Positions 28,552-38,146 of a stretch of DNA of 64,000 nt are shown piece by piece. This DNA is from Alphaproteobacteria bacterium (GTDB lineage Bacteria; Pseudomonadota; Alphaproteobacteria; GCA-2731375): assembly GCA_965232515.1 (NCBI GenBank), contig CBDDPY010000002.1, positions 3,324,532 to 3,388,531 of the forward strand. Direction: 5' to 3'. The stretch's first letter is position 1. Each line of letters opens with the position of its first letter. Position numbers and translations under genes: made by a program. Under the pieces are notes generated by a model. It was not told where the DNA came from and did no database searches. It worked only from the letters and a program-made list of their open reading frames with translations.

Positions 28552-29415
28552 TCAGGCGATCGTGTTCTGGCCGCTTTCGGCCGACCAGGGGAACAGCACG
28601 CGCTCGATCACCACCACGGCCTGGAACAACACGATGCCCATGACCGACAGAATGATCAGCGCCCCGAAGGCGACCGGCACCTGAAAGAACGCCGTCGCCG
28701 AGACGATGAGGTAGCCCAGGCCCTGATCGGCATTGACGAACTCGCCAACCACGGCGCCGACCACCGACAGCGCCACCGCCACCTTCAGACCGCTGAAGAT
28801 GAACGGGATCGCGTAGGGCAGCCGGATACGGTAGAGCTCCTGCCAGATCGAGGCCTTGTAGGAACGGCCGAGCTCGATCAACTCGGACGGCACCGCCATC
28901 AGGCCGGTGGCGATGGCGATCACCAGCGGGAAGAACGCCACCAGAAACGTGACAACGATGCGCGGCAGCTCGTTCGCGCCGAGCAGTACCACCAGGATCG
29001 GCGCCAGCGCGACCTTGGGGATCGACTGCGTCAGCACCAGGATCGGATAGATCGCGTTCGCCACCGCGCGCGACGAGGTCAGCGCCACGGCGAGCGGCAG
29101 GCTGATGACGATCGAGACGACAAAACCGACCAGCACGGTATAGAGCGTCGCCAGCGTGTGGCCCCAGACGGTGCCGGCGATGGCGACCGAGTCGGTCCAG
29201 ATGACGCTCGGCGCCGGCAGCAGGTAGACCGGGATGTCGAACAGGTGGACGCTCGCCTCCCAGACCAGGCCCAAACCGACGACCACCGCCGTCGGCAGCA
29301 GGACTTCCTGGCCGAAGCGCGACAGCCGGGGCGATCTAGGCGGCGCCGGCGAGGCTTCGTCCGGATCGGCCGAAAATGAGGCTTCGGATGCGTTGGGCGC
29401 AGTCTTGGAACTCAT
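28552..29415 (-). CDS. ABC transporter permease, NitT/TauT (SsuC/TauC-like) family
   Basis: BPD_transp_1 fold with about 6 TM. ATG start overlaps the upstream ATPase gene by 80 nt. Low-complexity N-terminus. Confidence 0.75.
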   Translation of the reverse strand: MSSKTAPNASEASFSADPDEASPAPPRSPRLSRFGQEVLLPTAVVVGLGLVWEASVHLFDIPVYLLPAPSVIWTDSVAIAGTVWGHTLATLYTVLVGFVVSIVISLPLAVALTSSRAVANAIYPILVLTQSIPKVALAPILVVLLGANELPRIVVTFLVAFFPLVIAIATGLMAVPSELIELGRSYKASIWQELYRIRLPYAIPFIFSGLKVAVALSVVGAVVGEFVNADQGLGYLIVSATAFFQVPVAFGALIILSVMGIVLFQAVVVIERVLFPWSAESGQNTIA

Positions 29416-30115
29416 GCAAGCCTTCCATATCGAAACTACGGGGCCGCGGCAGCGGCACGTCGATGATCTCGTCGATGCGGCCCGGACGCGGCGACATCAC
29501 CACCACCCGGTCGGACAGCAGCACCGCCTCGGTGATGGCATGCGTGACGAACAGAATGGTCTTCGGCTGCTCGGTCCAGATTCGCAGCAGCTCCAGGCTC
29601 ATCTCCTCGCGGGTCAACGCGTCGAGCGCGCCGAACGGCTCGTCCATCAGCAGGATCGCCGGATCGTGGACCAGCGCCCGGCAGATCGCGGCACGCTGCT
29701 GCATACCGCCCGACAGCTCGCGCGGCTCGCGGTCCTCGAAGCCGCCGAGGCCCACGAGCTGCAGCAGATCGTGCGCGCGGTCGCGGCTGTCGGCCTGCAT
29801 CGCATGCATGATCTTGAGCGGGAACAGTACGTTCTCGACGATGCTCGCCCAGGGAAGCAGCGTCGCGTTCTGAAACACGATGCCGACCTCGCGCCGCGGT
29901 TCGGTGACCGCCGTGCCGTCGATGGCGATGCGGCCGGCATCTTGCGGCACCAAGCCGGCCACGAGCCGCAGCAACGTCGACTTGCCGCAGCCCGAAGGGC
30001 CGACCAGCGAGATGAACTGGTTGTCGGGAATGTCGAGGTCGATGCCGCTCAGCGCCGTCACGGCGCTGCCGTCGCGCGTGGTGAAGGTTTTCGAAACGTT
30101 GCCGATCTCAATCAA
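29336..30115 (-). CDS. ABC transporter ATP-binding protein, NitT/TauT family
   Basis: Walker A GPSGCGKST, ABC signature LSGGMQQR and Walker B LLMDEP. Confidence 0.9.
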   Translation of the reverse strand: MIEIGNVSKTFTTRDGSAVTALSGIDLDIPDNQFISLVGPSGCGKSTLLRLVAGLVPQDAGRIAIDGTAVTEPRREVGIVFQNATLLPWASIVENVLFPLKIMHAMQADSRDRAHDLLQLVGLGGFEDREPRELSGGMQQRAAICRALVHDPAILLMDEPFGALDALTREEMSLELLRIWTEQPKTILFVTHAITEAVLLSDRVVVMSPRPGRIDEIIDVPLPRPRSFDMEGLHEFQDCAQRIRSLIFGRSGRSLAGAA

Positions 30116-30200
30116 GGCCGGACCCCACGATGTCTATTGAAGCGCGTAAGTCCGGGCGGGGCTGCCGGCAGCCCCGCCCGGACCGGCGATCAGGTCAGGC

Positions 30201-31208
30201 TCATTGCGGCACGTGGCTGATGTCGACGGCCTGTTTCGGATCCCAGCTCTTGTCGAGCTCCTGCGCCGCGGCCACCGTTTCCCAGGTGAAGCCGAGACGT
30301 TCGTCATCGTAAAGGCCGAGCCCGGTCTTCGCGGAATGGTCGTTGATGACGAAGTCGAGCGTGGCGGTAATGCTGCCGATGCAGTCGTCCAGCGCCACTT
30401 CCGGCACCCGTTCGACATGCAGCTTGCAGGCCTCCTCCGGGTTCGCCTGCGCCCACTTGAAGGCGTTCTGCGTCGCCGTCAGGAACCGTTTCACCAGATC
30501 CGGTTTCTCGTTCAGCATCTTTTCGGTGGTGACGATCGAGGCGGCGTAGATGGCGAAGCCGACCTTCTCGAACGGCAGCACGACGATCTCCTCGCCCGCC
30601 GCCTTCGCCGCCTTGTTCTGGTAGTAGTGGTGCATGGAATAGAACGGCGCGGCGTCGATGCGCTTGGAGATCAGCAACGGCGCCATGGCGGCACCATCGG
30701 TCATCGACCAGACGATCTTGTCGGGATCGGTGCCGGCCCGCTCGGCCACCTTCGGGAAATAGACCTTGTGGCTGTTGCCGGGCGTGATGCCGATCTTTTT
30801 GCCTTCCAGGCCCTTGAAATTGGTGATGCCCGAGCTCTTCAGCACGAACAGCGAATGCGGCGAGTGTGTATAGAGGAACATCGCGGTCTTCACCGGCACG
30901 CCGGTGCGGGCCTTCGCGGTCAGCAGCGCGCCGATGTCGGCGACGCCGAAGTCGGCCGCGCCCGTCGCGATCTTGGTGACGGTATCGCCCGAGCCGTAGC
31001 CGCGGGTGATGTTGATGTCGATGCCTTGCTCTTTCCAGAAGCCCTTGGTCCAGCCGCCGTAATACATGGCGTGTTCGCCGGACGGGATCCAATCGGTCTG
31101 GAAATGCACCTTGTCGTCCGCCCGCGCGGCCGTTGCGGCGAACAGCGCGACGAGCGCGGTGGCGATGAACGGTGTCGAATACCCTGTTGCTGAGCGTCCC
31201 ATGGACAT
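30201..31208 (-). CDS. ABC transporter substrate-binding protein, NMT1/THI5-like (SsuA/TauA/ThiY fold)
   Basis: Signal peptide plus NMT1-like periplasmic binding fold. Perfect AAGGAGG Shine-Dalgarno 7 nt upstream. Confidence 0.8.
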   Translation of the reverse strand: MSMGRSATGYSTPFIATALVALFAATAARADDKVHFQTDWIPSGEHAMYYGGWTKGFWKEQGIDINITRGYGSGDTVTKIATGAADFGVADIGALLTAKARTGVPVKTAMFLYTHSPHSLFVLKSSGITNFKGLEGKKIGITPGNSHKVYFPKVAERAGTDPDKIVWSMTDGAAMAPLLISKRIDAAPFYSMHHYYQNKAAKAAGEEIVVLPFEKVGFAIYAASIVTTEKMLNEKPDLVKRFLTATQNAFKWAQANPEEACKLHVERVPEVALDDCIGSITATLDFVINDHSAKTGLGLYDDERLGFTWETVAAAQELDKSWDPKQAVDISHVPQ

Positions 31209-31427
31209 ACCTCCTTCTTATGCGGAAAAGGGGTATCCCCCTCTTCCGACGATTTTCGTCGAACAGGTACGCTTGTCTGGAGTCACTCCCATCCAAATTA
31301 TGGCATCGCGGGACCGCGGCGGATACCTAATTCGGATTGAACCTGTCCGCCGGATTCGGCTCATGCCCACGTGACGCGATCATGCCGGGGGAGTGTAATT
31401 CGCTCAACGCGTCGCTAGAGTCGCGCG

Positions 31428-32057
31428 ATGACAAGGCAGGCGAAGCGCGGGCGACCGCCGTACAACGACATCCTGACGCCGGCGGAGTGGCGCACCGTTC
31501 ACGCGGCGCAACACGGGATGTCGAACCGCCAGATCGCACGTCGACATGGCGTGAGCGTCGATGCCGTGAAGTTCCATATCGCCAACGCGGTTTCGAAGAC
31601 CGGCTTGGACAGCAAACAGGCGCTTAGGCAGTGGTTCGCCGTGCCACGGCACAGCGCCCTTCAGGCGAGAAAGCAATCCATGGAATCCGATGTGAGCCTG
31701 GGCCCGATCGGGCAAATCTCCAGATCCGTTTCAGACCTCGACCGGTCGTCGGCCTGGTATCGGGATGTCCTGGAACTGCGTCATCTCTACATGTTCGGCA
31801 ATTTGGCGTTCTTCGACTGCGGCGGCACGCGCCTCTTCCTGCAGGAAATCAAGGACGCCCTGCCCGACGAGTCGGTTATCTATTTCCGCGTTCCCGATAT
31901 TGCGCGGGCCTACGAGAAGCTCCGCGGCCGCGGCATCGAATTCACGAGCGCCCCCCACATCATCCACCGGCACGACGACGGCATGGAAGAATGGATGGCG
32001 TTCTTCACCGATCCCGACGAACGGCCGCTCGCGATCATGTCGCAGGTCGAGCCCTGA
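31428..32057 (+). CDS. LuxR-type HTH fused to VOC (glyoxalase/bleomycin-resistance/dioxygenase) domain
   Basis: N-terminal GerE/LuxR HTH (LTPAEWRTVHAAQHGMSNRQIARRHGVSVDAVKFHIANAVSK). C-terminal about 120-aa VOC-fold domain. Confidence 0.6.
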   Translation: MTRQAKRGRPPYNDILTPAEWRTVHAAQHGMSNRQIARRHGVSVDAVKFHIANAVSKTGLDSKQALRQWFAVPRHSALQARKQSMESDVSLGPIGQISRSVSDLDRSSAWYRDVLELRHLYMFGNLAFFDCGGTRLFLQEIKDALPDESVIYFRVPDIARAYEKLRGRGIEFTSAPHIIHRHDDGMEEWMAFFTDPDERPLAIMSQVEP

Positions 32058-32073
32058 CCGTTACGCGAACGCG

Positions 32074-32853
32074 TCAGCGGCCCACGAACTTCGCCTTCTC
32101 CTTGGCCAGGAACGCCTTGTAGCCGATCTGGAAGTCTTCGGTGTCGAAGCAGTCGTAACCTTCCTCGCGCTCGGCCTCGGTCAAGGGCGCGGGATCGAGC
32201 TTGCGGTAGATGAACTTCTTGTGCCAGCGGGCCGACAGCGGCGCGCCCTCGGCGATCTTCGCCGCCATGTCGTAGGCGGCGTCCGCCACCTGGTCGTCCG
32301 GCACCACGCGCGTCACCAGGCCCAAACGCAGGGCGTCGGCCGCGCCGATCAGTTCGCCCAGCACCAGGATCTCGAGCGCCACGTTGACGCCGAATTTCTT
32401 GACGATCATGTCGAGCTCGTCCGGCGACTCGACAAGCCCCAGCCTTTTCACGGGCACGCCGAAGCGGCTCGACTCGCCGCAGACCCGGAAGTCGCAGAGC
32501 GCCGCGACGCCGAAGCCGCCGCCGACGCACATGCCTTCGATGAGCGCAATGGTCGGATGCCGGCAATCGCGCACCGCGTCCATGGCGGGATGCGTGATCT
32601 CGGCGAAGGCCTTGGCCTTTTCCTTACTGCTGCGAGTCTGTTCGAACTCGGAGATGTCGGCGCCGGCGCTGAACGCCTTGCCGCCGGCGCCGCGAATGAC
32701 GACGCAGCGCAGATCGGAATCGGCGTCGCATTCGTCCATGATCCGCTTCAGGCCCTGGTTCATGGCCAGGTTCATGGCGTTGCGCCGCTCCGGCTGATTC
32801 AGCACCACCGTGGCGACGGCGCCGTCGCGCTCAACATAGACCTGCTCGGTCAT
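32074..32853 (-). CDS. enoyl-CoA hydratase/isomerase family protein
   Basis: Crotonase fold with the oxyanion-hole motif GAGGKAFSAGADI. ORF-track start is 32871. Confidence 0.85.
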   Translation of the reverse strand: MTEQVYVERDGAVATVVLNQPERRNAMNLAMNQGLKRIMDECDADSDLRCVVIRGAGGKAFSAGADISEFEQTRSSKEKAKAFAEITHPAMDAVRDCRHPTIALIEGMCVGGGFGVAALCDFRVCGESSRFGVPVKRLGLVESPDELDMIVKKFGVNVALEILVLGELIGAADALRLGLVTRVVPDDQVADAAYDMAAKIAEGAPLSARWHKKFIYRKLDPAPLTEAEREEGYDCFDTEDFQIGYKAFLAKEKAKFVGR

Positions 32854-32894
32854 CGGACCTCTTCCTCCCAATCCAAAAAGCGTCGTGATGATGT

Positions 32895-33302
32895 CTAGTG
32901 CTTGGCGAGCTTGTCGCGCTTACCCGCCAGGCGATCCTTCATGCGGTCGACCTCGATGACGAAGCGCACATGCCGGCCGCGCCCCACCAACTCGATGGCG
33001 TCCTGCACGAAGATGTCGAAGGTGACCTTGCGGTCCTCGACCCCGGCGATGCGCGCCTCGATATCGACCCAGGCGCCGAGCGGCGTCGCGCCCAGATGAT
33101 CGAGCTCGATCCGCATGCCGACCGAGTCCTCGCCGCCGTCCGCATGTTCGAGGAGCATATCGCGACAGGTGATCTCGATGTCGGCGACCATGCTGGGCGT
33201 CGCATAGACGCGCCCTTTCGCGCCCATGAAAGCGATGGTCCGGTGTTCGTCGATCTCGAACCGTCGCGTCGTCGTCAGCCCCGGCTGCAGGCTGTCTTTC
33301 AT
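32895..33302 (-). CDS. hotdog-fold thioesterase, FlK-like (fluoroacetyl-CoA thioesterase family)
   Basis: About 135 aa from the ATG at 33302; ORF-track start is 33401. RVYATPSMVADIEITCRDML resembles the FlK/thioesterase-superfamily core. Confidence 0.5.
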   Translation of the reverse strand: MKDSLQPGLTTTRRFEIDEHRTIAFMGAKGRVYATPSMVADIEITCRDMLLEHADGGEDSVGMRIELDHLGATPLGAWVDIEARIAGVEDRKVTFDIFVQDAIELVGRGRHVRFVIEVDRMKDRLAGKRDKLAKH

Positions 33303-33318
33303 CGCTTGGCCTCGCCGC

Positions 33319-34113
33319 CTAGCGGCCCTGGAACGCAGGCCGTCGTTTCTCCATGAAGGCCGTGCGGCCCTCGATATAGTCCTCGCTGGCGAAACAGGCA
33401 TCGACCATGGCCTGACAGGCGGCCAGATCCCGCTTGTCCGGATCGGTCAGCACCTCGGCCACCGCGCGTTTCACGGCGGCAATGGTGAGCGGCGCGTTAC
33501 CGGCAATTGTTTCGGCATAGTCGCGCACATAGGCCTCCAGCGCCGCCACCGGCAGGCTGCGGTTGATCAGGCCCATCTGGATCGCCTCCGGCGCCGAGAA
33601 CTGCCGCGCCGTGTAGAAGATCTCTTTGGCGAACGACGGGCCGACCACGTCGCACAGCCGCTTTATGCCGGTGTAGCCGTAACCGAGCCCCAGCTTGGCC
33701 GCCGGCACGGCGAACCGGCTGTTCTCGGACGCGATGCGCAGGTCGCAGTCGAGCGCCACGGCCAGGCCGCCGCCGATGCAATAGCCACGGATCATGGCGA
33801 TGGTCGGTTTGGACGTGCCGGTCAGCGCCTTGTGCGCCCGCTCGCCGGCGGCGTTGTAATTGGCGACCGCCTCCTTAGTGCCGCGCTTCTCCTCGAATTC
33901 GGAGATATCGGCGCCGGAAATGAAGGCGCGTTCGCCAGCGCCGCGCAGCACGATCACCCGGATATCGTTGTCGGCCTCGAAGTCGGCCAGGATCTCGGGC
34001 ACCGCCAGCCACATGTCGAGCGACACGGCGTTGTGCCGGCCTGGGTTGTTGAAAATCATCCAACCGATGCCGCCGTCCTTCTCGGCAATCATCCGTTCCG
34101 TACTACTCGCCAT
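33319..34113 (-). CDS. enoyl-CoA hydratase/isomerase family protein
   Basis: Crotonase motif GAGERAFISGADI. Start at ATG 34113 (MASSTERM); ORF-track start is 34332. Confidence 0.85.
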   Translation of the reverse strand: MASSTERMIAEKDGGIGWMIFNNPGRHNAVSLDMWLAVPEILADFEADNDIRVIVLRGAGERAFISGADISEFEEKRGTKEAVANYNAAGERAHKALTGTSKPTIAMIRGYCIGGGLAVALDCDLRIASENSRFAVPAAKLGLGYGYTGIKRLCDVVGPSFAKEIFYTARQFSAPEAIQMGLINRSLPVAALEAYVRDYAETIAGNAPLTIAAVKRAVAEVLTDPDKRDLAACQAMVDACFASEDYIEGRTAFMEKRRPAFQGR

Positions 34114-34268
34114 GCGTCGCGTATCCCTTGGCATCCGACGGCCGCGACGGCGGCCCGTCCGCCGTCTGGTTGATCGGTGTTTCGTCAGGCCGCTAGTATA
34201 ACCGCCGTAACCTGAAAAAACGCGCCTCGGCGCGCAAAACAACCAAATTATCCGCGGAGGAGACAACA

Positions 34269-35258
34269 ATGGCGACGAGACGCGTTTTGGGCCTAGCCCT
34301 CGCGGCCTTAGGACTGGCCGCTTTGCAGACACCAGCTCAGGCCGAGACCAAGCTGGTGCTGGGATCGGCCGGCGTGCCCGGCAGCCTGATCTACGTCACC
34401 GAAGAGCAGTTCGTGAAGTGGGTCGACGAGCGCTCGGGCGGCGAGGTCAAGGTCGACTATTTCCACAGCAGCCAGATCGGCAACCACAAGGAAATGCTGC
34501 AGAAGGTCAAGCTCGGCACTCAGGAAATGGTGACGATCTCGACCGTTATGTCGACCATCCAGCCCGAATTCGGCCTCTACGACATGCCGTACCTGGTGAA
34601 GGACCGGGTCCATGCCGGCTGCATCTCCAGCGAAATCGTCTTCCCGACCATGGCGCCGAAGCTCGAAAGCCAGGGCTACAAGCTGCTCGGCGTCTGGGAG
34701 AACGGCTTCCGGCAGATCACCAACAACGTCCGGCCGATCAACAAGCCCGACGACCTGAATGGCATCAAGCTGCGCACGCCGCGCGGCGTCTGGCGCATCA
34801 AGATGTTCGAGGCCTATGGCGCCAACCCGACGCCGATGGCCTTCTCGGAAGTGTTCGTCGCGCTGCAGACGGGCGTCATGGACGGTCAGGAAAACCCCTA
34901 CACCAACATCTGGGCCGCGAAGTTCCAGGAGGTCCAGAAGTACCTGAGCGTCACCAACCACGTCTACGCACCCTTCGTACTGCTGATCAACAAGCGCAAG
35001 TGGGACGGGTTGGACGAGAAGGCGCAGAAGGTGATTTGGGACACCGCTCAGGACATCCAGGACTGGACCTACAAGAAGGCCGCCGAGCTGGACGAGAAGA
35101 ACCTGAAACAGCTGCGTGACGCGGGCATGCAGTACAACGTCGCCGACCGCGCCTCCTTCGTCGAGGCCAGCAAGCCGGTCTATGCCGAGTTCGCCAAGGA
35201 AGTGAAAGGCGGTCAGGCCTTGGTCGACAAGGCGCTGGCGCTCGCCAACGGCTGCTAG
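34269..35258 (+). CDS. dctP: TRAP transporter substrate-binding protein DctP
   Basis: Signal peptide plus DctP-family fold. 329 aa. Confidence 0.9.
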   Translation: MATRRVLGLALAALGLAALQTPAQAETKLVLGSAGVPGSLIYVTEEQFVKWVDERSGGEVKVDYFHSSQIGNHKEMLQKVKLGTQEMVTISTVMSTIQPEFGLYDMPYLVKDRVHAGCISSEIVFPTMAPKLESQGYKLLGVWENGFRQITNNVRPINKPDDLNGIKLRTPRGVWRIKMFEAYGANPTPMAFSEVFVALQTGVMDGQENPYTNIWAAKFQEVQKYLSVTNHVYAPFVLLINKRKWDGLDEKAQKVIWDTAQDIQDWTYKKAAELDEKNLKQLRDAGMQYNVADRASFVEASKPVYAEFAKEVKGGQALVDKALALANGC

Positions 35259-35357
35259 ACGGCGACAGACCATCGCAGTGGCGCCCCGCCGTCCGAGCTT
35301 GGCGGCGGGGCCGTTGCATCACGCAATTTGTCTGGGATCGAACGGGGGTGGGGCGGC

Positions 35358-35864
35358 ATGTCCGTAATCGGCAGCGTGCGCCGGGTGCTGGAGCGGGCGC
35401 TTGAGTTCGCCTGCATGTTCTTCATGTCGGCCTTGGTCGTCATCATTGTCTGGGCCGTACTGTCCCGGAAATTCGGCGCCTCGCTGACCTGGTACGACGA
35501 GGTCGTGCCGATCATGCTGGCCTGGCTGTCCTATTTCGGCGCCTCGCTGGCGGCGTTGAAGCGCGGGCATCTGGGCTTTCCGGGTTTGGTTCAGGTCGCG
35601 CCGCCGAACGTGCGCCTGATACTGCTGGTGTTCGTCGAGGTGCTGGTGATCGCCTTCTTCGTGATCCTGGCCTGGAGCGGCTGGCAGATCATCATCATCA
35701 TCGCCGGCGACACGCTGACCAGCCTGCCCTGGGTGCACATGTCGGTGACCCAGTCGATCATCCCAATCGGCGCCGTGCTGTTCATCGTCGCCGAGCTGCT
35801 GACGCTGCCGGACGAATGGCGGGCGGCGCGCGAAGGCCGGCGCCTCGCCCACGGCGACGGCTGA
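35358..35864 (+). CDS. dctQ: TRAP transporter small permease DctQ
   Basis: Four-TM small permease. ATG at 35358 preceded by a G-rich Shine-Dalgarno; the ORF track begins at a TTG at 35328. Confidence 0.8.
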   Translation: MSVIGSVRRVLERALEFACMFFMSALVVIIVWAVLSRKFGASLTWYDEVVPIMLAWLSYFGASLAALKRGHLGFPGLVQVAPPNVRLILLVFVEVLVIAFFVILAWSGWQIIIIIAGDTLTSLPWVHMSVTQSIIPIGAVLFIVAELLTLPDEWRAAREGRRLAHGDG

Positions 35865-35879
35865 GGCGGACCGACCGTC

Positions 35880-37163
35880 ATGGCCGCGCTCATCATGCTG
35901 GTCGCGCTGATCGCGCTGATCCTGATCAACATGCCGATCGCCATCGCGCTCGGCGTCGTCGCGGTGTCGGCCATCGTGCTGACGGACGGCTTCGGCGCGC
36001 TCCTGTCGATGGGCGTGGTGATGTTCGAGGCGGCGACCAAGTTTCCGCTGCTGGCGATCCCGATGTTCGTGCTGGCCGGCGGCATCATGAACACGACGGG
36101 CATTTCGCGGCGTCTGATCGCCTTCGCCTCGGCGATGTTGGGCTTCATCCGCGGCGGCCTCGCCATGGTCAACATCGCCACCTCGATGTTCTTCGCCGAG
36201 ATCTCGGGCTCGGCCGTCGCCGACGTCACCGCCATCGGCTCGATCCTGATCCCGGCCATGCGCCAGCGCGGCTACCCCAACACCTTCGCGGCGGCCGTCA
36301 CCTCGTCGTCCGCCTCGCTGGCGATCATCATCCCGCCGTCGATCCCGATGATCCTCTACGCCGTGATCGCCGACACCTCGGTGATCCAGATGTTTATCGC
36401 CGGCGTCGTGCCCGGCATCATCGGCGCGGCCGGCCTGATGGGTCTCTCCTACTGGTTCGCCCGCCGGCGCGGCTATCCGGTCGAGGAGGTTTTCCAGATC
36501 AGCCATGTCTGGCGCACCTTCAAGGACGCGGCCTGGGCCTTCCTGCTGCCGATCATCATCTTGGGCGGCATCTTCGGCGGCATCGTCACCGCGACCGAGG
36601 GCGCGGGTCTTGCCGTGGTCGCGGCGATCTTCATCGGCGGCGTCATTTACCGCGAGCTGACCTGGGCGCAGCTCGCGCGGTCCATGGTCGAGGGCGCGAT
36701 TCAGACCTCGGTCGTCGTGCTGCTGATCGTCACCTCGGCGCTGCTGGGGCTTTACCTGACCCAGACCCGGCTGCCGCACGAACTCGCCAACTGGGTGATC
36801 AGCCTGACCGACAACCAGATCCTGGTCCTGGCGATGTTCAACGTGCTGTTCATCGTGCTGGGCTTCTTCCTGCACGGCGCCGCCGCGATCATCCTGGTGG
36901 TGCCCATCGTCATGCCGATCGTGCACCAGCTCGGCATCGATCCCGTGCATTTCGGCCTGATCGTGACGTTGAACCTGGCGATCGGCCAGCAAACGCCGCC
37001 GGTCGCCAGCGTCCTGATCGTGACCTGCTCGATCGCCAAGGCCGACGTCTGGGCGGTGACCAAGACAAACGTCTATTTCATCGGCGTGCTGCTGGCGGTG
37101 CTGATGCTGGTGACCTACGTGCCGGCGATTCCGCTGTTCCTGGTCGAGACCTTCTATCGCTAA
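35880..37163 (+). CDS. dctM: TRAP transporter large permease DctM
   Basis: 427 aa, about 12 TM, matching the DctM family. Confidence 0.9.
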   Translation: MAALIMLVALIALILINMPIAIALGVVAVSAIVLTDGFGALLSMGVVMFEAATKFPLLAIPMFVLAGGIMNTTGISRRLIAFASAMLGFIRGGLAMVNIATSMFFAEISGSAVADVTAIGSILIPAMRQRGYPNTFAAAVTSSSASLAIIIPPSIPMILYAVIADTSVIQMFIAGVVPGIIGAAGLMGLSYWFARRRGYPVEEVFQISHVWRTFKDAAWAFLLPIIILGGIFGGIVTATEGAGLAVVAAIFIGGVIYRELTWAQLARSMVEGAIQTSVVVLLIVTSALLGLYLTQTRLPHELANWVISLTDNQILVLAMFNVLFIVLGFFLHGAAAIILVVPIVMPIVHQLGIDPVHFGLIVTLNLAIGQQTPPVASVLIVTCSIAKADVWAVTKTNVYFIGVLLAVLMLVTYVPAIPLFLVETFYR

Positions 37164-37192
37164 GCTGGGCTAGGCTGGCCGGAGAGAACCCC

Positions 37193-38146
37193 ATGGTGAA
37201 GATCGCGCTGCTGGATGACTACCAGAACGTCGCATTGAAGATGGCGGACTGGTCGGTGCTGCCGGGCGACGCCGAGGTGACGGTGTTCAACGAATATCTC
37301 GGCGACGGTGACGCCGTCGCCGCGCGGCTCGCCGACTTCGAGATCGTCGGTATCATGCGCGAGCGCACGCCGTTTCCGCGCGCGCTGTTCGAGAAGCTGC
37401 CGAACCTGAAGCTGCTGGTGACGACTGGCATGCGCAACGCATCCATCGACCTCGCCGCCGCCGCCGATCACGGCGTCATGGTCTGCGGCACGAGGGGCCT
37501 CGCCCGCAACACCGTCGAGCTGACCTGGGCGCTGATCCTGGCCGCCGCGCGCTCGCTGCCGTTCGAGGACCGCCGGATGCGCGAGGGCGGCTGGCAGACG
37601 ACGCTCGGCCGCGACCTAGAGGGCGCGACGCTCGGCGTCATCGGCCTCGGCCGACTGGGCAGCCAGGTCGCGACCATCGGCAAGGCCTTCGGTATGAACC
37701 TGCTGGCCTGGAGCCAGAACCTGACGGGTGAGCGGGCAGCGGAATTCGACGCGACGCTGGTCTCGAAGGACGAGCTGCTTGCGCAGGCCGATTTCGTCAC
37801 CATCCACCTGGTCCTGAGCGGCCGCACGCGCGGCCTGATCGGCGCCGCCGAGCTGGCGCGGATGAAGCCGGATGCCTATCTGATCAACGCGTCCCGCGGG
37901 CCGATCGTCGACGAGGCCGCGTTGATCGCGGCATTGGAAGCGAAACGGATCGCCGGCGCCGGCCTCGACGTCTACGACATCGAGCCGCTGCCCACCGACC
38001 ACCCGCTCCGCCGCCTCGATAACGTCGTGCTGTCGCCGCATATCGGCTACGTCACGGGAAATACCTATCGGGTGTTCTATGGCGACATGGTCGAGGCGAT
38101 CGCCGGCTACCTCGACGGCGCGCCGGTCCGGCAACTTCAGGCCTGA
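37193..38146 (+). CDS. D-isomer-specific 2-hydroxyacid dehydrogenase (NAD-binding)
   Basis: GVIGLGRLG NAD-binding motif and a catalytic R/E/H triad region. GGAGAG Shine-Dalgarno before the ATG at 37193. The ORF-track entry 35816..38146 is read-through in an alternate DctM frame. Confidence 0.85.
   Translation: MVKIALLDDYQNVALKMADWSVLPGDAEVTVFNEYLGDGDAVAARLADFEIVGIMRERTPFPRALFEKLPNLKLLVTTGMRNASIDLAAAADHGVMVCGTRGLARNTVELTWALILAAARSLPFEDRRMREGGWQTTLGRDLEGATLGVIGLGRLGSQVATIGKAFGMNLLAWSQNLTGERAAEFDATLVSKDELLAQADFVTIHLVLSGRTRGLIGAAELARMKPDAYLINASRGPIVDEAALIAALEAKRIAGAGLDVYDIEPLPTDHPLRRLDNVVLSPHIGYVTGNTYRVFYGDMVEAIAGYLDGAPVRQLQA

Noticed and set aside
31209-31427. TPP riboswitch upstream of the NMT1/THI5-like substrate-binding protein gene
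   Set aside because: I searched both strands for the CUGAGA and GAACCUGAUC...CCGGAUAAUGCCGGCG elements. Only a weak partial resemblance (GAACCTG...CCGGAT) was found, and it is on the wrong strand for the transporter operon.
35319-36992. 557-aa minus-strand ORF, plus the 35816..38146 776-aa plus-strand ORF, over the dctQ/dctM region
   Set aside because: The first is antisense to dctM with highly charged low-complexity sequence. The second is an alternate-frame read-through whose only real part is the 2-hydroxyacid dehydrogenase starting at 37193.
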